Part shown: piece after piece, positions 17,892 through 27,350 of the stretch
How positions within the stretch are numbered: position 1 is the first letter of the stretch
Layout: every line of letters begins with the position of its first letter
From: an uncultured delta proteobacterium
Lineage (GTDB): Bacteria > Myxococcota_A > Polyangia > Polyangiales > JAFGIB01
NCBI GenBank assembly: GCA_963778655.1
Contig: CAVZVA010000009.1
Coordinates: 1,216,001 to 1,280,000 of the forward strand
Direction of reading: 5' to 3'
DNA length: 64,000 nucleotides
Program-made: the position numbers and the translations under genes
The notes under the pieces: generated by a model
What the model saw: only the letters and a program-made list of their open reading frames with translations
What the model was told of the DNA's origin: nothing
Database searches by the model: none

Positions 17892-19130
17892 ATGAGCAAA
17901 CCAGCCGCCGAGCTTGCCATCACCTCCAAGCCTGTGCCCGGACGCGACGACGACGGCAGTGGGCCGTTCCGCATCGCTGACCGCCTCAACGGCACCATGC
18001 TGCCACCCGCGGAGGCCGGCCGGGACGATGTGATCTCGCTCGAGGCACTGGGCGGAATGCTGGAGGCCGAGCCCGAGCCCGCCGGGCCGGTGGCCGTCCC
18101 CCCAATCCCCTCCGCCCTGCGCAGCGGCGTGTTCGAGCGCGAGCTGATCGAAGCCGCGCCCGGCAGCGAAGTCGCCGTTCAGGAGCCGGCGGATCTGGTC
18201 GGCTCGATGCGGCCGTATTACCGCGAGGGTGAGGGTCGCAGCGAGCGTGCCGAGCTCCAGATCGAGGACTTCAGCCTACGCCTCGACAATCCGTGGGTGG
18301 CGTCTTCGCTGGTGCCGCCGGCGCGACGGGCGGCGCCCCGCAGCTGGGCGATCGCGCTCGCCGCCGCGATGGGCGGCGCGCTCGTCGGGATCACGGTGTG
18401 GCAGCTCGCGCAGCCCGCCGCCCAGGTTCAGCCGCCTGCGCGTGTCTCCGCGCCGGTTGCGATACAGCCGCGCACGTCCGCCGCGCCGGGGGCCGAGACC
18501 CCCGCGCCCGTCCCCGCCGTGCAGCCGGCCGCGCCGCAGCCCAAGGTGCTCGCGGCGCAGCCGCCGGCGGCGGCTGCGCCCAAGGTCCAGCGGACCAAGC
18601 TCCAGCCTGCGCCGGTGGCGGCCAAGGTCGAGCGCGCGGCTGCGCCCGTGGAGCAAGGGGCCAACCCCACGCCTGCGGCTGAGCTGCCGGCGGCCACCAA
18701 GGTCGCGGCCGCCGTCGATCCCGCTCGGGCCGCGCTGGCCGCCGCGCTGAGCGCAGCACCCGCGGCCACCGCGCCCATCGGGAGCGCGCCGGCCGCCATT
18801 GCAGTTGCCACGACCGACCAGCCGGAGCAACTCGCTCCCGCGGCCGATGAGACCGCAGCGGTCGCGCTGCCGGAGACGCCCACGCGCGAGCAGGTCATGG
18901 CTGGCTTCGACGCGATTCGCGGCCAACTCGATGCGTGCGCCGCCGGCCAGCACGGCATCGTTCACATCGACGCCACGGTCGCCAACAGCGGCCGCGTCTC
19001 GTACGCCGTGCTCGAGGGCGCGTTCCAGGGCTCGCCCGAGGGCTCCTGCATGGCGCGCGCCGTGCGCGGCGCCCGCTTTCCGCGCTTCAGCCAGCCGAGC
19101 CTGAAGATAAGCTATCCCGTAGCTCTCTGA
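17892..19130 (+). CDS. Bitopic membrane protein with Pro/Ala linker and C-terminal TonB-C/AgmX-like domain
   Basis: Single TM (WAIALAAAMGGALVGITVW), low-complexity linker, C-terminal C...C pair and FPRF..ISYP end, typical of myxobacterial TonB-C-like domains. Confidence 0.7.
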   Translation: MSKPAAELAITSKPVPGRDDDGSGPFRIADRLNGTMLPPAEAGRDDVISLEALGGMLEAEPEPAGPVAVPPIPSALRSGVFERELIEAAPGSEVAVQEPADLVGSMRPYYREGEGRSERAELQIEDFSLRLDNPWVASSLVPPARRAAPRSWAIALAAAMGGALVGITVWQLAQPAAQVQPPARVSAPVAIQPRTSAAPGAETPAPVPAVQPAAPQPKVLAAQPPAAAAPKVQRTKLQPAPVAAKVERAAAPVEQGANPTPAAELPAATKVAAAVDPARAALAAALSAAPAATAPIGSAPAAIAVATTDQPEQLAPAADETAAVALPETPTREQVMAGFDAIRGQLDACAAGQHGIVHIDATVANSGRVSYAVLEGAFQGSPEGSCMARAVRGARFPRFSQPSLKISYPVAL

Positions 19131-19156
19131 CGGGCCGACGCGGGCCCTGGCCCGGG

Positions 19157-19185
19157 TTGACCGCGACCCGTGGTGGCTCTAGTCT
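19157..19185 (+). promoter_or_regulatory. Putative sigma70 promoter
   Basis: TTGACC-N17-TAGTCT upstream of the S1-domain gene. Confidence 0.5.
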
Positions 19186-19213
19186 GCCGACCCCCAGACT
19201 CGAGCCATTCCTC

Positions 19214-21676
19214 ATGCCAGAAGCCTCCGAAGCCGAGGGCCCCGAGGGGGCCGACGCCAGCAGGTCCAGCGGCTCTTTGGCGGAGCCGGTGGCCGAGCCG
19301 GAGCCGCCGCAAGCGGCGCCGCCCGAGGCGCCGGTTGCCGCGGTCGAGGCTGCCGGCACCGGCGATGCCGGGGCTGCGAGCGCGGGCGATGCCGGACAAG
19401 ACGCCGAGACCACCGGCGCGCAGAGCACGGACGAAGCTGCGGCGAGCGGCGCCGAATTCCAGGAAGGGTCGGAAGCGGGCGCGCTCGCAGGCGAAGAGCC
19501 GGGTAGGCCGCCGGAGACCGAGGTCGACGAGGCCGAGGCGGGGCCCGCGGGCGTCAAGCGCAAGCGTCGTCGGCGCAAGAAGCGCAAGGGTGACAGCGCG
19601 GGCGGTGAGCTCGAGGCCGAGCCGAGCGCCGAGCACGGCGAAGCGCGCGGCCGCCGACGCGACGCGCCTGCCCCGCTGGCGCGCTTCTTCCTGGGTGCGC
19701 ACGCCGGCCGCAAGCACGGCTTTGCCGTGGGCGAGGTCGTCGCCGGTCGCGTCAAGGAGGTGGCCGCCGGTTGCATCACCGTCGACCTGTTCGGCAAGGC
19801 GCTCGCGTACGCCGATGAGTTCGAGCCGCGCGAGGCGCCGCCGCCCGTGCTCGAGCCGCCGCCGCGCGAGACGCTGGTGGGAGCCGACGCGGGGCGGGCC
19901 GGTGAGGCGGTGGGCGCTGCGGAAGCGGGCGCCGGTGCAGCCACGGCCGAGGCGGCCACGAACGAGCCCACCGAGGTTGCCGCGGAATCAGCAGCAGAGC
20001 CGAGCGCCCCGCCGCAGGACGCATCCGAGGCGGACAGCGCGTCCGTGGCCGAGCCGAGCGCGCAGGCCGATGCCGCAGCGCCGCACGAGCCGCCCGAGGC
20101 AGAGCCTGAGCCTTCCGCTGCTCCAATCGAGGCGCCCTTCAGCCTCGAGGCGGGAGGCGTGGCCGACGTGCCCGCGGGGCTCGATGGATCGAGCGAGGCC
20201 GGCGGGACGCTCGAAGGGGACGGAGCGAACGACCCGCAGGCGACGCTCGAAGCAGACGGCTCGAGCGACGCGGAGGCGTCGGCCGAGACCACGCTGAACG
20301 GCGAGGCCGCGCACGGCCCGCACGGCCCGCTGCCGGCCGCGCCGGTGGTACCGGACAGCTATCCTCGGCTCGAGCCGCCGGGCCTCGGTCAGGTCTTTCG
20401 CGGGCGGGTTGGCGCCGTCTCCGAGAGCGGCCACATCGCGATCGTGAACCGCGACGTGGATCGTGCAGCGGTGCTGGCGAGCCTGCAGCAATACCGTGAC
20501 GAGCGCCGCCGCGTGCAAGGGTTGGTCTTCGGCTTCAACCGCGGCGGCTTCGACGTGCTGGTCGAAGGCGTGCGCGCGTTCTGCCCGGCCAGTGCGATGA
20601 CCTTCGACGAGATCGAGGATCCGGCGGCGTTGCTGGGCCAGAAGCTCGAGTTTCTGCTGCCCGCTTCTCAACAGGTGTCGAAGGACATCGTGGTCAGCCG
20701 GCGCTCGATCCTGGAGCGGCTGCAGCGCAAGAAGGCCAAGGAGCTGGTGCGCTCGCTGGAGCCCGGCCAACGCCTCGAGGGCCGCGTCACGCAGGTGCGC
20801 GAGTTCGGCCTGTTCGTGGACATCGGCGGGGTCGAGGGCCTCGTGCACCAGAGCGAGCTGTCGTTTGCGCACGGCGTGAAGCCGGCCGACGTGGCTGCGG
20901 TTGGCGACGAGATCGAGGTGCAGGTGCTGCGGGTCGGCGGCGAGCCGCGGCGCGGCCCCGAGGGCGGCCGCAGGGATCGCGTAGAGCGGGTCAGCCTGTC
21001 GATCAAGGCGCTGCTGCCCAATCCGTGGGACGCGTACGCAGAGACGCTCAAAGAGGGCGGGGCCTTGCTCGGCAAGGTGACGCGCACCACCGAGTTCGGC
21101 GCCTTCGTGGAGCTCGCGCCGCAGGTCGAGGGCTTGCTGCACATCACCGAGCTCGGCCGCGACCTGAAGCATGCGAACCAGGCCGTGCGCGAGGGGGACG
21201 AGCTGCCGGTGGTGATCGAGCGCCTCGACAAGCGCGCGCGCCGCATCTCGCTGTCCAAGCTCACCGCGCAGGAGTACGAGGAGCACAAGGCGGGTGCGGC
21301 CGCCGGCGAGGAGGCGCCGCGCAACGTGCGTCCCGGCAGCCGGATCAAGGTCAAGGTCAGTCGCGTGGAGGGGCGCGGCCTGCTGGTCCGGGTGAGCGGC
21401 GTGCTGGGCAAGCGCGCTCGCGGCTACGTGCCGAGCAGCGAGCTGGTGGGAGAGCGCGGCGACTTGCGCAAGGCCTATCCGGTGGGCAGCGAGCTCGAGG
21501 TCAAAGTGGTGGGCCTGGACCGCGACGGCGGCCTTCGCTGCTCGCCCAAGGCGCTGCAGGTCGACGAGGAGCGGCGCGCGGTCAAGGACTACCGGCGCGA
21601 AGCGGCCAAACAGGGCTTCGGCACGTTCGGCGACCTGTTGCGCGCCAAGCTCGGACAGGCCGATTCCAACAAGTGA
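19214..21676 (+). CDS. Multi-S1-domain RNA-binding protein (RpsA-like paralog) with long acidic disordered regions
   Basis: S1 repeats (FGLFVDIGGVEGLVHQSELS, FGAFVELAPQVEGLLHITEL) and C-terminal GTFGDLL. Confidence 0.88.
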   Translation: MPEASEAEGPEGADASRSSGSLAEPVAEPEPPQAAPPEAPVAAVEAAGTGDAGAASAGDAGQDAETTGAQSTDEAAASGAEFQEGSEAGALAGEEPGRPPETEVDEAEAGPAGVKRKRRRRKKRKGDSAGGELEAEPSAEHGEARGRRRDAPAPLARFFLGAHAGRKHGFAVGEVVAGRVKEVAAGCITVDLFGKALAYADEFEPREAPPPVLEPPPRETLVGADAGRAGEAVGAAEAGAGAATAEAATNEPTEVAAESAAEPSAPPQDASEADSASVAEPSAQADAAAPHEPPEAEPEPSAAPIEAPFSLEAGGVADVPAGLDGSSEAGGTLEGDGANDPQATLEADGSSDAEASAETTLNGEAAHGPHGPLPAAPVVPDSYPRLEPPGLGQVFRGRVGAVSESGHIAIVNRDVDRAAVLASLQQYRDERRRVQGLVFGFNRGGFDVLVEGVRAFCPASAMTFDEIEDPAALLGQKLEFLLPASQQVSKDIVVSRRSILERLQRKKAKELVRSLEPGQRLEGRVTQVREFGLFVDIGGVEGLVHQSELSFAHGVKPADVAAVGDEIEVQVLRVGGEPRRGPEGGRRDRVERVSLSIKALLPNPWDAYAETLKEGGALLGKVTRTTEFGAFVELAPQVEGLLHITELGRDLKHANQAVREGDELPVVIERLDKRARRISLSKLTAQEYEEHKAGAAAGEEAPRNVRPGSRIKVKVSRVEGRGLLVRVSGVLGKRARGYVPSSELVGERGDLRKAYPVGSELEVKVVGLDRDGGLRCSPKALQVDEERRAVKDYRREAAKQGFGTFGDLLRAKLGQADSNK

Positions 21677-21723
21677 CGGGACGTTGCGAGCGTCTCGCGG
21701 CGCTGGTAGAAAGCACGCTCACC

Positions 21724-21798
21724 GGGCGATTAACTCAGAGGTAGAGTGCCTTCTTCACACGGAGGAAGTCGCTGGTTCAATTCCAGCATCGCCCACCA
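21724..21798 (+). tRNA. tRNA-Val(CAC)
   Basis: Cloverleaf: acceptor GGGCGAT/ATCGCCC, anticodon arm CCTTC-TTCACAC-GGAGG, T-loop TTCAATT, encoded CCA. Confidence 0.97.
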
Positions 21799-21878
21799 CT
21801 TGGACGGGGGGCCGGGCTCCAGGGAGCACGACCCAAGCAAGGCGGCTGCGCGGTGAGCGCCCGCTCGAGAGGCTGGGC

Positions 21879-22670
21879 ATGTCGGGCGATCCAATCTTGC
21901 TGGCCCACGACGGGCCCATCAGCACGCTGACCATCAACCGGCCCGAGAAGTTCAACGCGCTCGATCGGCCGACGCTGGAGGCTCTCGCTGCGGCCATCGG
22001 CCAGGTGGCTGCGCGCAAGCAGACCCGCTGCCTGATCGTCACCGGCGCTGGTGAAAAGGCATTCGTCTCGGGCGCAGACATCGCCGCGATGCGCGACATG
22101 CTGCCTGAACAGGCGGAGGCCTTCGCCCGTCTGGGGCAGAGCGCGTTCGCGGCGCTCGAAGCCTTGCCGTTTCCCGTAATCGCGGCGGTCAATGGCCACG
22201 CGCTTGGCGGCGGCTGTGAGCTCGCTCTGGCATGCGACTTCATCTACGCGACGGACAACCCCAAGGCCATGCTCGGCCAGCCCGAGGTCACGCTCGGCAT
22301 CGTGCCGGGCTTCGGCGGCACCCAGCGTCTGGCGCGGCGCGTCGGCCTGGGGGTGGCGCGCGAGCTCGTCTACACCGGTCGCAGGCTGGGCCCCGAGGAG
22401 GCGCTGCGCATCGGTCTGGTCAACGCGGTGGTGCCGCGCTCTGAGCTGATGAAGCACGTCCGGGACGTGGCGAACGAGGTGGCCAACGTGGGCCCGTGTG
22501 CCGTGGCGGCCGCCAAGCAAGTCATGAACGCCGGCGCAGACCTGCCGCTCGCGGTCGCGATCGAGCTGGAAGCCAAGGCTTTCGGCCGCCTGTTCGCCGA
22601 GCCCGAGCAACGCGAGGGCATGGGCGCCTTCCTCGACAAACGCAAGCCGGAGTTTCCGGACCGGGACTAG
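21879..22670 (+). CDS. Enoyl-CoA hydratase/crotonase family protein
   Basis: [36 protein letters not shown] (both catalytic Glu present). Confidence 0.93.
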   Translation: MSGDPILLAHDGPISTLTINRPEKFNALDRPTLEALAAAIGQVAARKQTRCLIVTGAGEKAFVSGADIAAMRDMLPEQAEAFARLGQSAFAALEALPFPVIAAVNGHALGGGCELALACDFIYATDNPKAMLGQPEVTLGIVPGFGGTQRLARRVGLGVARELVYTGRRLGPEEALRIGLVNAVVPRSELMKHVRDVANEVANVGPCAVAAAKQVMNAGADLPLAVAIELEAKAFGRLFAEPEQREGMGAFLDKRKPEFPDRD

Positions 22671-22836
22671 ATCAGAGCTCAGATTGAAACGCGCACGATT
22701 TCACGGCCCTGGCGGGCGCATGGCACGAGCACTCGCCGCTTGACGTAGGGTTCATTACGCCTGCGGGCTCCTGCCTGCACCCTGCATACGCCCATCGCCG
22801 CGACTTCGCACAAGTTTCAACCTGTCGGTGCTCTAG
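22667..22836. mobile_element. Putative MITE / repetitive palindromic element flanked by CTAG
   Basis: CTAG at both ends. Imperfect terminal inverted repeats AGAGC..CAGATTGAAAC / GTTTCAACCTG..GCTCT. Non-coding, between convergent genes. Confidence 0.55.
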
Positions 22837-22839
22837 CAA

Positions 22840-23607
22840 CTACCGGAACTCCGCGATCACCGGCGCATGGTCCGAGGGCAGCTTGCCCTTGCGCTGCTCG
22901 CGGTCGATCGCGGCGGACACGCAGCGCTCGGCCAGCGGGCGCGTGGCCAGCACGTGGTCGATGCGCAGCCCGTTGTTCTTGGGAAAGCCGAGCTGGCGGT
23001 AGTCCCACCAGGAGTACAGCCCGCCCTCCGGGTGTTGCTGCCGGAAGCAGTCGATCAGCCCCCAGCGCAGCAGCTCGCCGAAGGCCGCGCGCACCTCGGG
23101 CAGGCACAGCACCGTGTCGTTCCACTCCTCGGGCCGCGCTACGTCGCGTTCGTCTGGCGCGACGTTGAGGTCGCCGCACAGCACGAGCGGCGCGTCGCGA
23201 TCGCAATTGCGCTCGAGGTAGGCGCGCAAGCGCGCGAGCCACGCCAGCTTGTAGCGCAGCTTGTCGCTGCCTGGCGCGCCGCCGTTCGGCACATAAGCCG
23301 AAACCACGCGTACGCCTTGGATACGCGCAGCGATCAGCCGCGCCTGCGAGTCGTCCTCGCCGTCGTCGAGGCCCACGCATACTTCTTCGGCCGGGCTGCG
23401 GCTCAGGATCGCCACCCCGTTGTAGCTCTTCTGCCCGTGCGCGATCGCGTGGTATCCGGCTTGCTCGAGCTCGTCGTGCGGGAAGGCCGCGTCCGGCACC
23501 TTGGTCTCCTGCAGGCACACCACGTCGGGTGCCTGGCGCGGCAGCCACGCCAGCAGGCGCTCCTTGCGCGCCTTGATCGAGTTGACGTTCCAGCTCGCGA
23601 TCTTCAT
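22840..23607 (-). CDS. xth: Exodeoxyribonuclease III
   Basis: MKIASWNVNS, CLQETK, YVPNG, GDLNVAP, YSWWDYR, GLRIDH, SDHAP. Confidence 0.96.
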   Translation of the reverse strand: MKIASWNVNSIKARKERLLAWLPRQAPDVVCLQETKVPDAAFPHDELEQAGYHAIAHGQKSYNGVAILSRSPAEEVCVGLDDGEDDSQARLIAARIQGVRVVSAYVPNGGAPGSDKLRYKLAWLARLRAYLERNCDRDAPLVLCGDLNVAPDERDVARPEEWNDTVLCLPEVRAAFGELLRWGLIDCFRQQHPEGGLYSWWDYRQLGFPKNNGLRIDHVLATRPLAERCVSAAIDREQRKGKLPSDHAPVIAEFR

Positions 23608-23696
23608 CGTTGCTTCGCAGCATACACGCGGACGCGGGCAGCGGGCGCCCCCAGCGCGCCGGCCGCGACTTCGAGCGAGCCCAGGGAGGTGACGGC

Positions 23697-24080
23697 ATGT
23701 CCAAGCGAGCGATTTCCACCGAGGCTGCACCCAAGGCGGTCGGACCCTACAGTCAGGCGATCGTGGCAGGCGGTTTCGTGTTCCTGTCGGGCCAGGTGCC
23801 GCTCGATCCGGCGACCGGCAAGCTGATCACGAGCGATGCGGTGGGCGACCACGTGCGCCGCGCGATGGACAACCTCAAGGCCGTGCTCGAGGCGGCGGGC
23901 AGCGGGCTCGAGCGCGCGGTCAAGGCCACCCTCTACCTGGCCGACATCGCCGACTTTCCCGAGGTCAACCGCGCCTATGCCGCCTACTTCGGCGCGGAGC
24001 CGCCCGCGCGGGCCACGCTGCAGGTCGGCGCGCTACCGCTCGGGGCGCGAGTCGAGATCGATCTGATCGCGCTGGCTTGA
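23697..24080 (+). CDS. ridA: RidA/YjgF family enamine deaminase
   Basis: APKAVGPYSQA, SGQVPLDP, PPARATLQVGALP..VEID. SD GGAGG. Confidence 0.93.
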   Translation: MSKRAISTEAAPKAVGPYSQAIVAGGFVFLSGQVPLDPATGKLITSDAVGDHVRRAMDNLKAVLEAAGSGLERAVKATLYLADIADFPEVNRAYAAYFGAEPPARATLQVGALPLGARVEIDLIALA

Positions 24081-24105
24081 GCGCGGCCCGCTCCGGATTG
24101 CGGGA

Positions 24106-24200
24106 TCACGGGAAGTCGCGAAGACGGGAAGAGGAGCTCAGTTCCCGTGGGTGGGGGCGACGCCAACCGCAAACCCTAATCCTTCCCGTCTTCCTGTCTC
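24106..24200. repeat. Intergenic palindromic repeat / bidirectional terminator
   Basis: Perfect 12-bp inverted repeat GAAGACGGGAAG (24120-24131) / CTTCCCGTCTTC (24182-24193). Confidence 0.65.
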
Positions 24201-24206
24201 CGGTTC

Positions 24207-27200
24207 TCACTGCGCGGCGTCGGCGTCGTGATGGGTGGCGCCGTGATCGTGGGGGCGGGACAGCGTGCCGCCGCCGTGCTGCGGCTGGCCGCGGTGGCGG
24301 TGGAACAGGCGGTCCATCACCAGGAAGAAGACCGGCGTCACGAACAGCGTCAGCAGCTGCGAGAAAAGCAGCCCGCCCACGACCGCGAGACCGAGCGGTC
24401 TGCGAGACTCGGCGCCGGCGCCCAGCCCGAGCGCGATCGGAAGCGTGCCCACCAGCGCCGCCATGGTGGTCATGGTGATCGGGCGGAAGCGTACGCGGCA
24501 CGCTTCGTAGATCGCCTGTTCGGCGTCCTTGCCCTCGTTGCGCTGCGCCTCGAGCGCGAAGTCGATCATCATGATGCCGTTCTTCTTGACCAGCCCGACC
24601 AGCATGATGATGCCCACGAAGGCGTAGATGCTGAGCTCCTCGTGAAACACCGCGAGCGTGGCCAGCGCGCCGAAGCCGGCGAAGGGCAGGGCCGACAGAA
24701 TCGTGACCGGGTGGATGAAGCTCTCGTACAGGATCCCGAGCACCATGTAGATCACCAGGATCGCGAGCACGAGCAGCGCCCCCAGGCCGCCCTGCGAGGC
24801 CGCGAACGCCTGGGCCGTGCCCTGGAAGCTGGTGCTGACGGTGGCCGGCACCACGTGGCGCGCCAGGTCGTCGACGGCCGCGATCGCGTTTCCGAGCGAG
24901 GCGCCCTGGCGCAGGTTGAACGACACGGTGACGGCCGGGAGCTGGCCCAGATGGTTGATGGTCAGCGGCCCGAGCGTGCGGCGCAGCGTGGCCACCGCGT
25001 CGAGCGGCACCACCTTGCCGTCACTCGCGCGAACGTAGAGCTTGGAAAGCGCGTCGGGATTGCGCGCCGACTCGGGCAGAAGCTCGAGGATCACCTGATA
25101 GGTGTCGTTCGAAGCGTAGATGGTCGAGATCTGCCGGCTGGCGTACGCATTGAAGAGGGCGGTCTCGATCTGCAATGCGCTCAAGCCGTAGGAAGACGCC
25201 TTGTCACGGTCGATCACCACCTCGAGCCGCGGGTTGTTCACCTCCAGGTCGCTGGTCACGTCCTGCAGGCCCGCGATCCCGTGCATCTTCTGCTCGAGCT
25301 CTTGCGCCGCGCGATAGAGCTCGGCGGTGTCGGTGCCTTGCAGCGTGAACTGGTACTGGCTTTTGCTCAGCATGCCGCCCAGGCGGATCGCCGGTGGGTT
25401 TTGCAGGTAGGTCCGAATGCCCGGCACCTTGGCCAGTTTGGGGCGCAGCTCGGCGATGATGTCGTCGACGCCGAGCGCGCGCTCCGAGCGCGGCTTGAGG
25501 TGCATGAACACCACGCCGGTGTTCGAGCCGCCGGTGCCGCGAGAGCCGCAGCTCGAAAAGAACACCTTGATGTTGGGATCCTTGCCCACGATCGCCGCGA
25601 CCGCGCGCTGGTGGCGAACCATGTCCTCGAACGAGGTGCCCTGGGCGGTCTCGGTCGCGCCGAAGATCATGTTTTGATCCTCGCTCGGAAACAGGCCCTT
25701 GGGGATGTGCTTGAACAGCACGAAGGTCGCCGCCAGCGTCGCCGCCGACAGCAACAGCACCGTGACGCGGTGGCGCAGCGACCAGCGCAGCCCGCGGTCG
25801 TAGGCGCGCAGCAGGGTGTCGAAGGCGCGCTCGCTGAGCGCGTGCAGACCGGCGCGGGAGCTGCGTTCGGAGGAGCCGCGCAGCATGCGGCTCGCCAGCA
25901 TTGGGGTCAGCGTGAGCGAGATGAAGCCGGAGATCAGGATCGCCACGCCGATGGTGACCGCGAACTCGTGGAACAAGCGGCCCAACACCCCACCCATGAA
26001 CAGAACGGGGATGAAGACGGCCGACAGCGACAGCGTCATCGAGACGATCGTGAAGCCGATTTCCTTGGCGCCGTCGACGGCCGCCTGGAACGGGCGCACA
26101 CCGGCCTCCATGTGGCGCACGATGTTCTCGAGCATCACGATCGCGTCGTCGACGACGAAGCCCACCGAGAGCGTCAGCGCCATCAGCGAGAGGTTGTCGA
26201 GGTTGTAGCCGAGCAGGTACATCGCTGCGAAGGTGCCGATGGTCGACAGCGGCAGCGCCACGCTGGCGATGAAGGTGGCCGAGATGCTGCGCAGGAACAG
26301 GAAGATCACCAGCACCACCAGCACCAGCGCGCTCAGCAGAGTGAACTTGACGTCGCGGACCGACTCCTGGATCGTCTCGGAGTGGTCCGAAAGCACGTGC
26401 AGCGTGACCGAGGCCGGTAGCTGGGAGCGGAAGTGTGGTAACAGGGCCTTCACTGAGCGGGCCACTTCCACGGTGTTGGTACCGGGCTGGCGCTGGATCG
26501 CCAGCACCAGCGCGCGTTGGTCCTTGAACCAGGCTGCCGTCTTGTCGTTCTCTACGCTGTCGATGGCGCGGCCGATGTCCTGTAGGCGCACCGGCTTACC
26601 GTCGCGGTAGGCGACCACGATCGGAGCGTAGTCGGCCGCCCGGTCGAGCTGTCCCTTCGCCTGGACGGTGGTCGCCTGGTAGCGGCCCCAGATCACGCCA
26701 GACGGCAGATTGACGTTGGCGGCCTGGACGGCGCTGGCCACGTCATCCAGGCCGATGCCGCGGGTGGCCAGCGCGTGGGGGTCGAGCTGGATCCGCACCG
26801 CGTACTTCTGGGAGCCGTAGACCTGGACCTGAGCCACGCCGCGCACCATCGAGATGCGCTGGGCCATCAGCGTTTCACCGTACTCGTCCAAGGTGGACAA
26901 CGGCAGGTCGGGGGAGGTGAGGGCGAGATACAGGATCGGCCGATCGGCCGGATTGACCTTGCGGTACGAGGGCGGCGTCGGCATGTTGGACGGCAGCTGC
27001 TTGGCCGCCGTCATGATCGCCGCCTGCACATCCTGTGCGGCGGAGTCGAGGTTGCGGGAGAGATCGAACTGCAGGGTGATCTCCGTGACCCCGAGCCCGC
27101 TGGACGAGCTCATCGAGTCCACGCCCGCGATGGTCGAGAACTGCTTCTCCAGCGGTGAGGCGACCGCCGAGGCCATGGTGTCGGGGTTGGCGCCGGGCAG

Positions 27201-27350
27201 GTTGGCCGTCACCAGGACGGTGGGAAAGTCGACGTTGGGTAGGTCGCTGACCGGCAGGCGCAGGTAGCCGAGGACGCCGAACACCACCACCGCCAGCATC
27301 ACGAGCAGGGTCGCGACCGGACGGCGGATGAACAGGCCCGAGATGCTCAC
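24207..27350 (-). CDS. RND efflux permease, MdtB/MdtC type
   Basis: FIRRPVAT, LPNVDFPT, GFVVDDAIVMLENI, GLVKKNGIMMIDFA, RFRPITMTT. GTG start overlaps the upstream stop. Confidence 0.95.
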   Translation of the reverse strand: MSISGLFIRRPVATLLVMLAVVVFGVLGYLRLPVSDLPNVDFPTVLVTANLPGANPDTMASAVASPLEKQFSTIAGVDSMSSSSGLGVTEITLQFDLSRNLDSAAQDVQAAIMTAAKQLPSNMPTPPSYRKVNPADRPILYLALTSPDLPLSTLDEYGETLMAQRISMVRGVAQVQVYGSQKYAVRIQLDPHALATRGIGLDDVASAVQAANVNLPSGVIWGRYQATTVQAKGQLDRAADYAPIVVAYRDGKPVRLQDIGRAIDSVENDKTAAWFKDQRALVLAIQRQPGTNTVEVARSVKALLPHFRSQLPASVTLHVLSDHSETIQESVRDVKFTLLSALVLVVLVIFLFLRSISATFIASVALPLSTIGTFAAMYLLGYNLDNLSLMALTLSVGFVVDDAIVMLENIVRHMEAGVRPFQAAVDGAKEIGFTIVSMTLSLSAVFIPVLFMGGVLGRLFHEFAVTIGVAILISGFISLTLTPMLASRMLRGSSERSSRAGLHALSERAFDTLLRAYDRGLRWSLRHRVTVLLLSAATLAATFVLFKHIPKGLFPSEDQNMIFGATETAQGTSFEDMVRHQRAVAAIVGKDPNIKVFFSSCGSRGTGGSNTGVVFMHLKPRSERALGVDDIIAELRPKLAKVPGIRTYLQNPPAIRLGGMLSKSQYQFTLQGTDTAELYRAAQELEQKMHGIAGLQDVTSDLEVNNPRLEVVIDRDKASSYGLSALQIETALFNAYASRQISTIYASNDTYQVILELLPESARNPDALSKLYVRASDGKVVPLDAVATLRRTLGPLTINHLGQLPAVTVSFNLRQGASLGNAIAAVDDLARHVVPATVSTSFQGTAQAFAASQGGLGALLVLAILVIYMVLGILYESFIHPVTILSALPFAGFGALATLAVFHEELSIYAFVGIIMLVGLVKKNGIMMIDFALEAQRNEGKDAEQAIYEACRVRFRPITMTTMAALVGTLPIALGLGAGAESRRPLGLAVVGGLLFSQLLTLFVTPVFFLVMDRLFHRHRGQPQHGGGTLSRPHDHGATHHDADAAQ

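Noticed and set aside
21684..21878. N-terminal extension of the crotonase ORF
   Set aside because: It overlaps tRNA-Val; the real start is the ATG at 21879.
22721..22737. TGGCACG sigma54-like motif
   Set aside because: GG-to-GC spacing is 11 rather than 10, and it lies inside the repeat between convergent genes.
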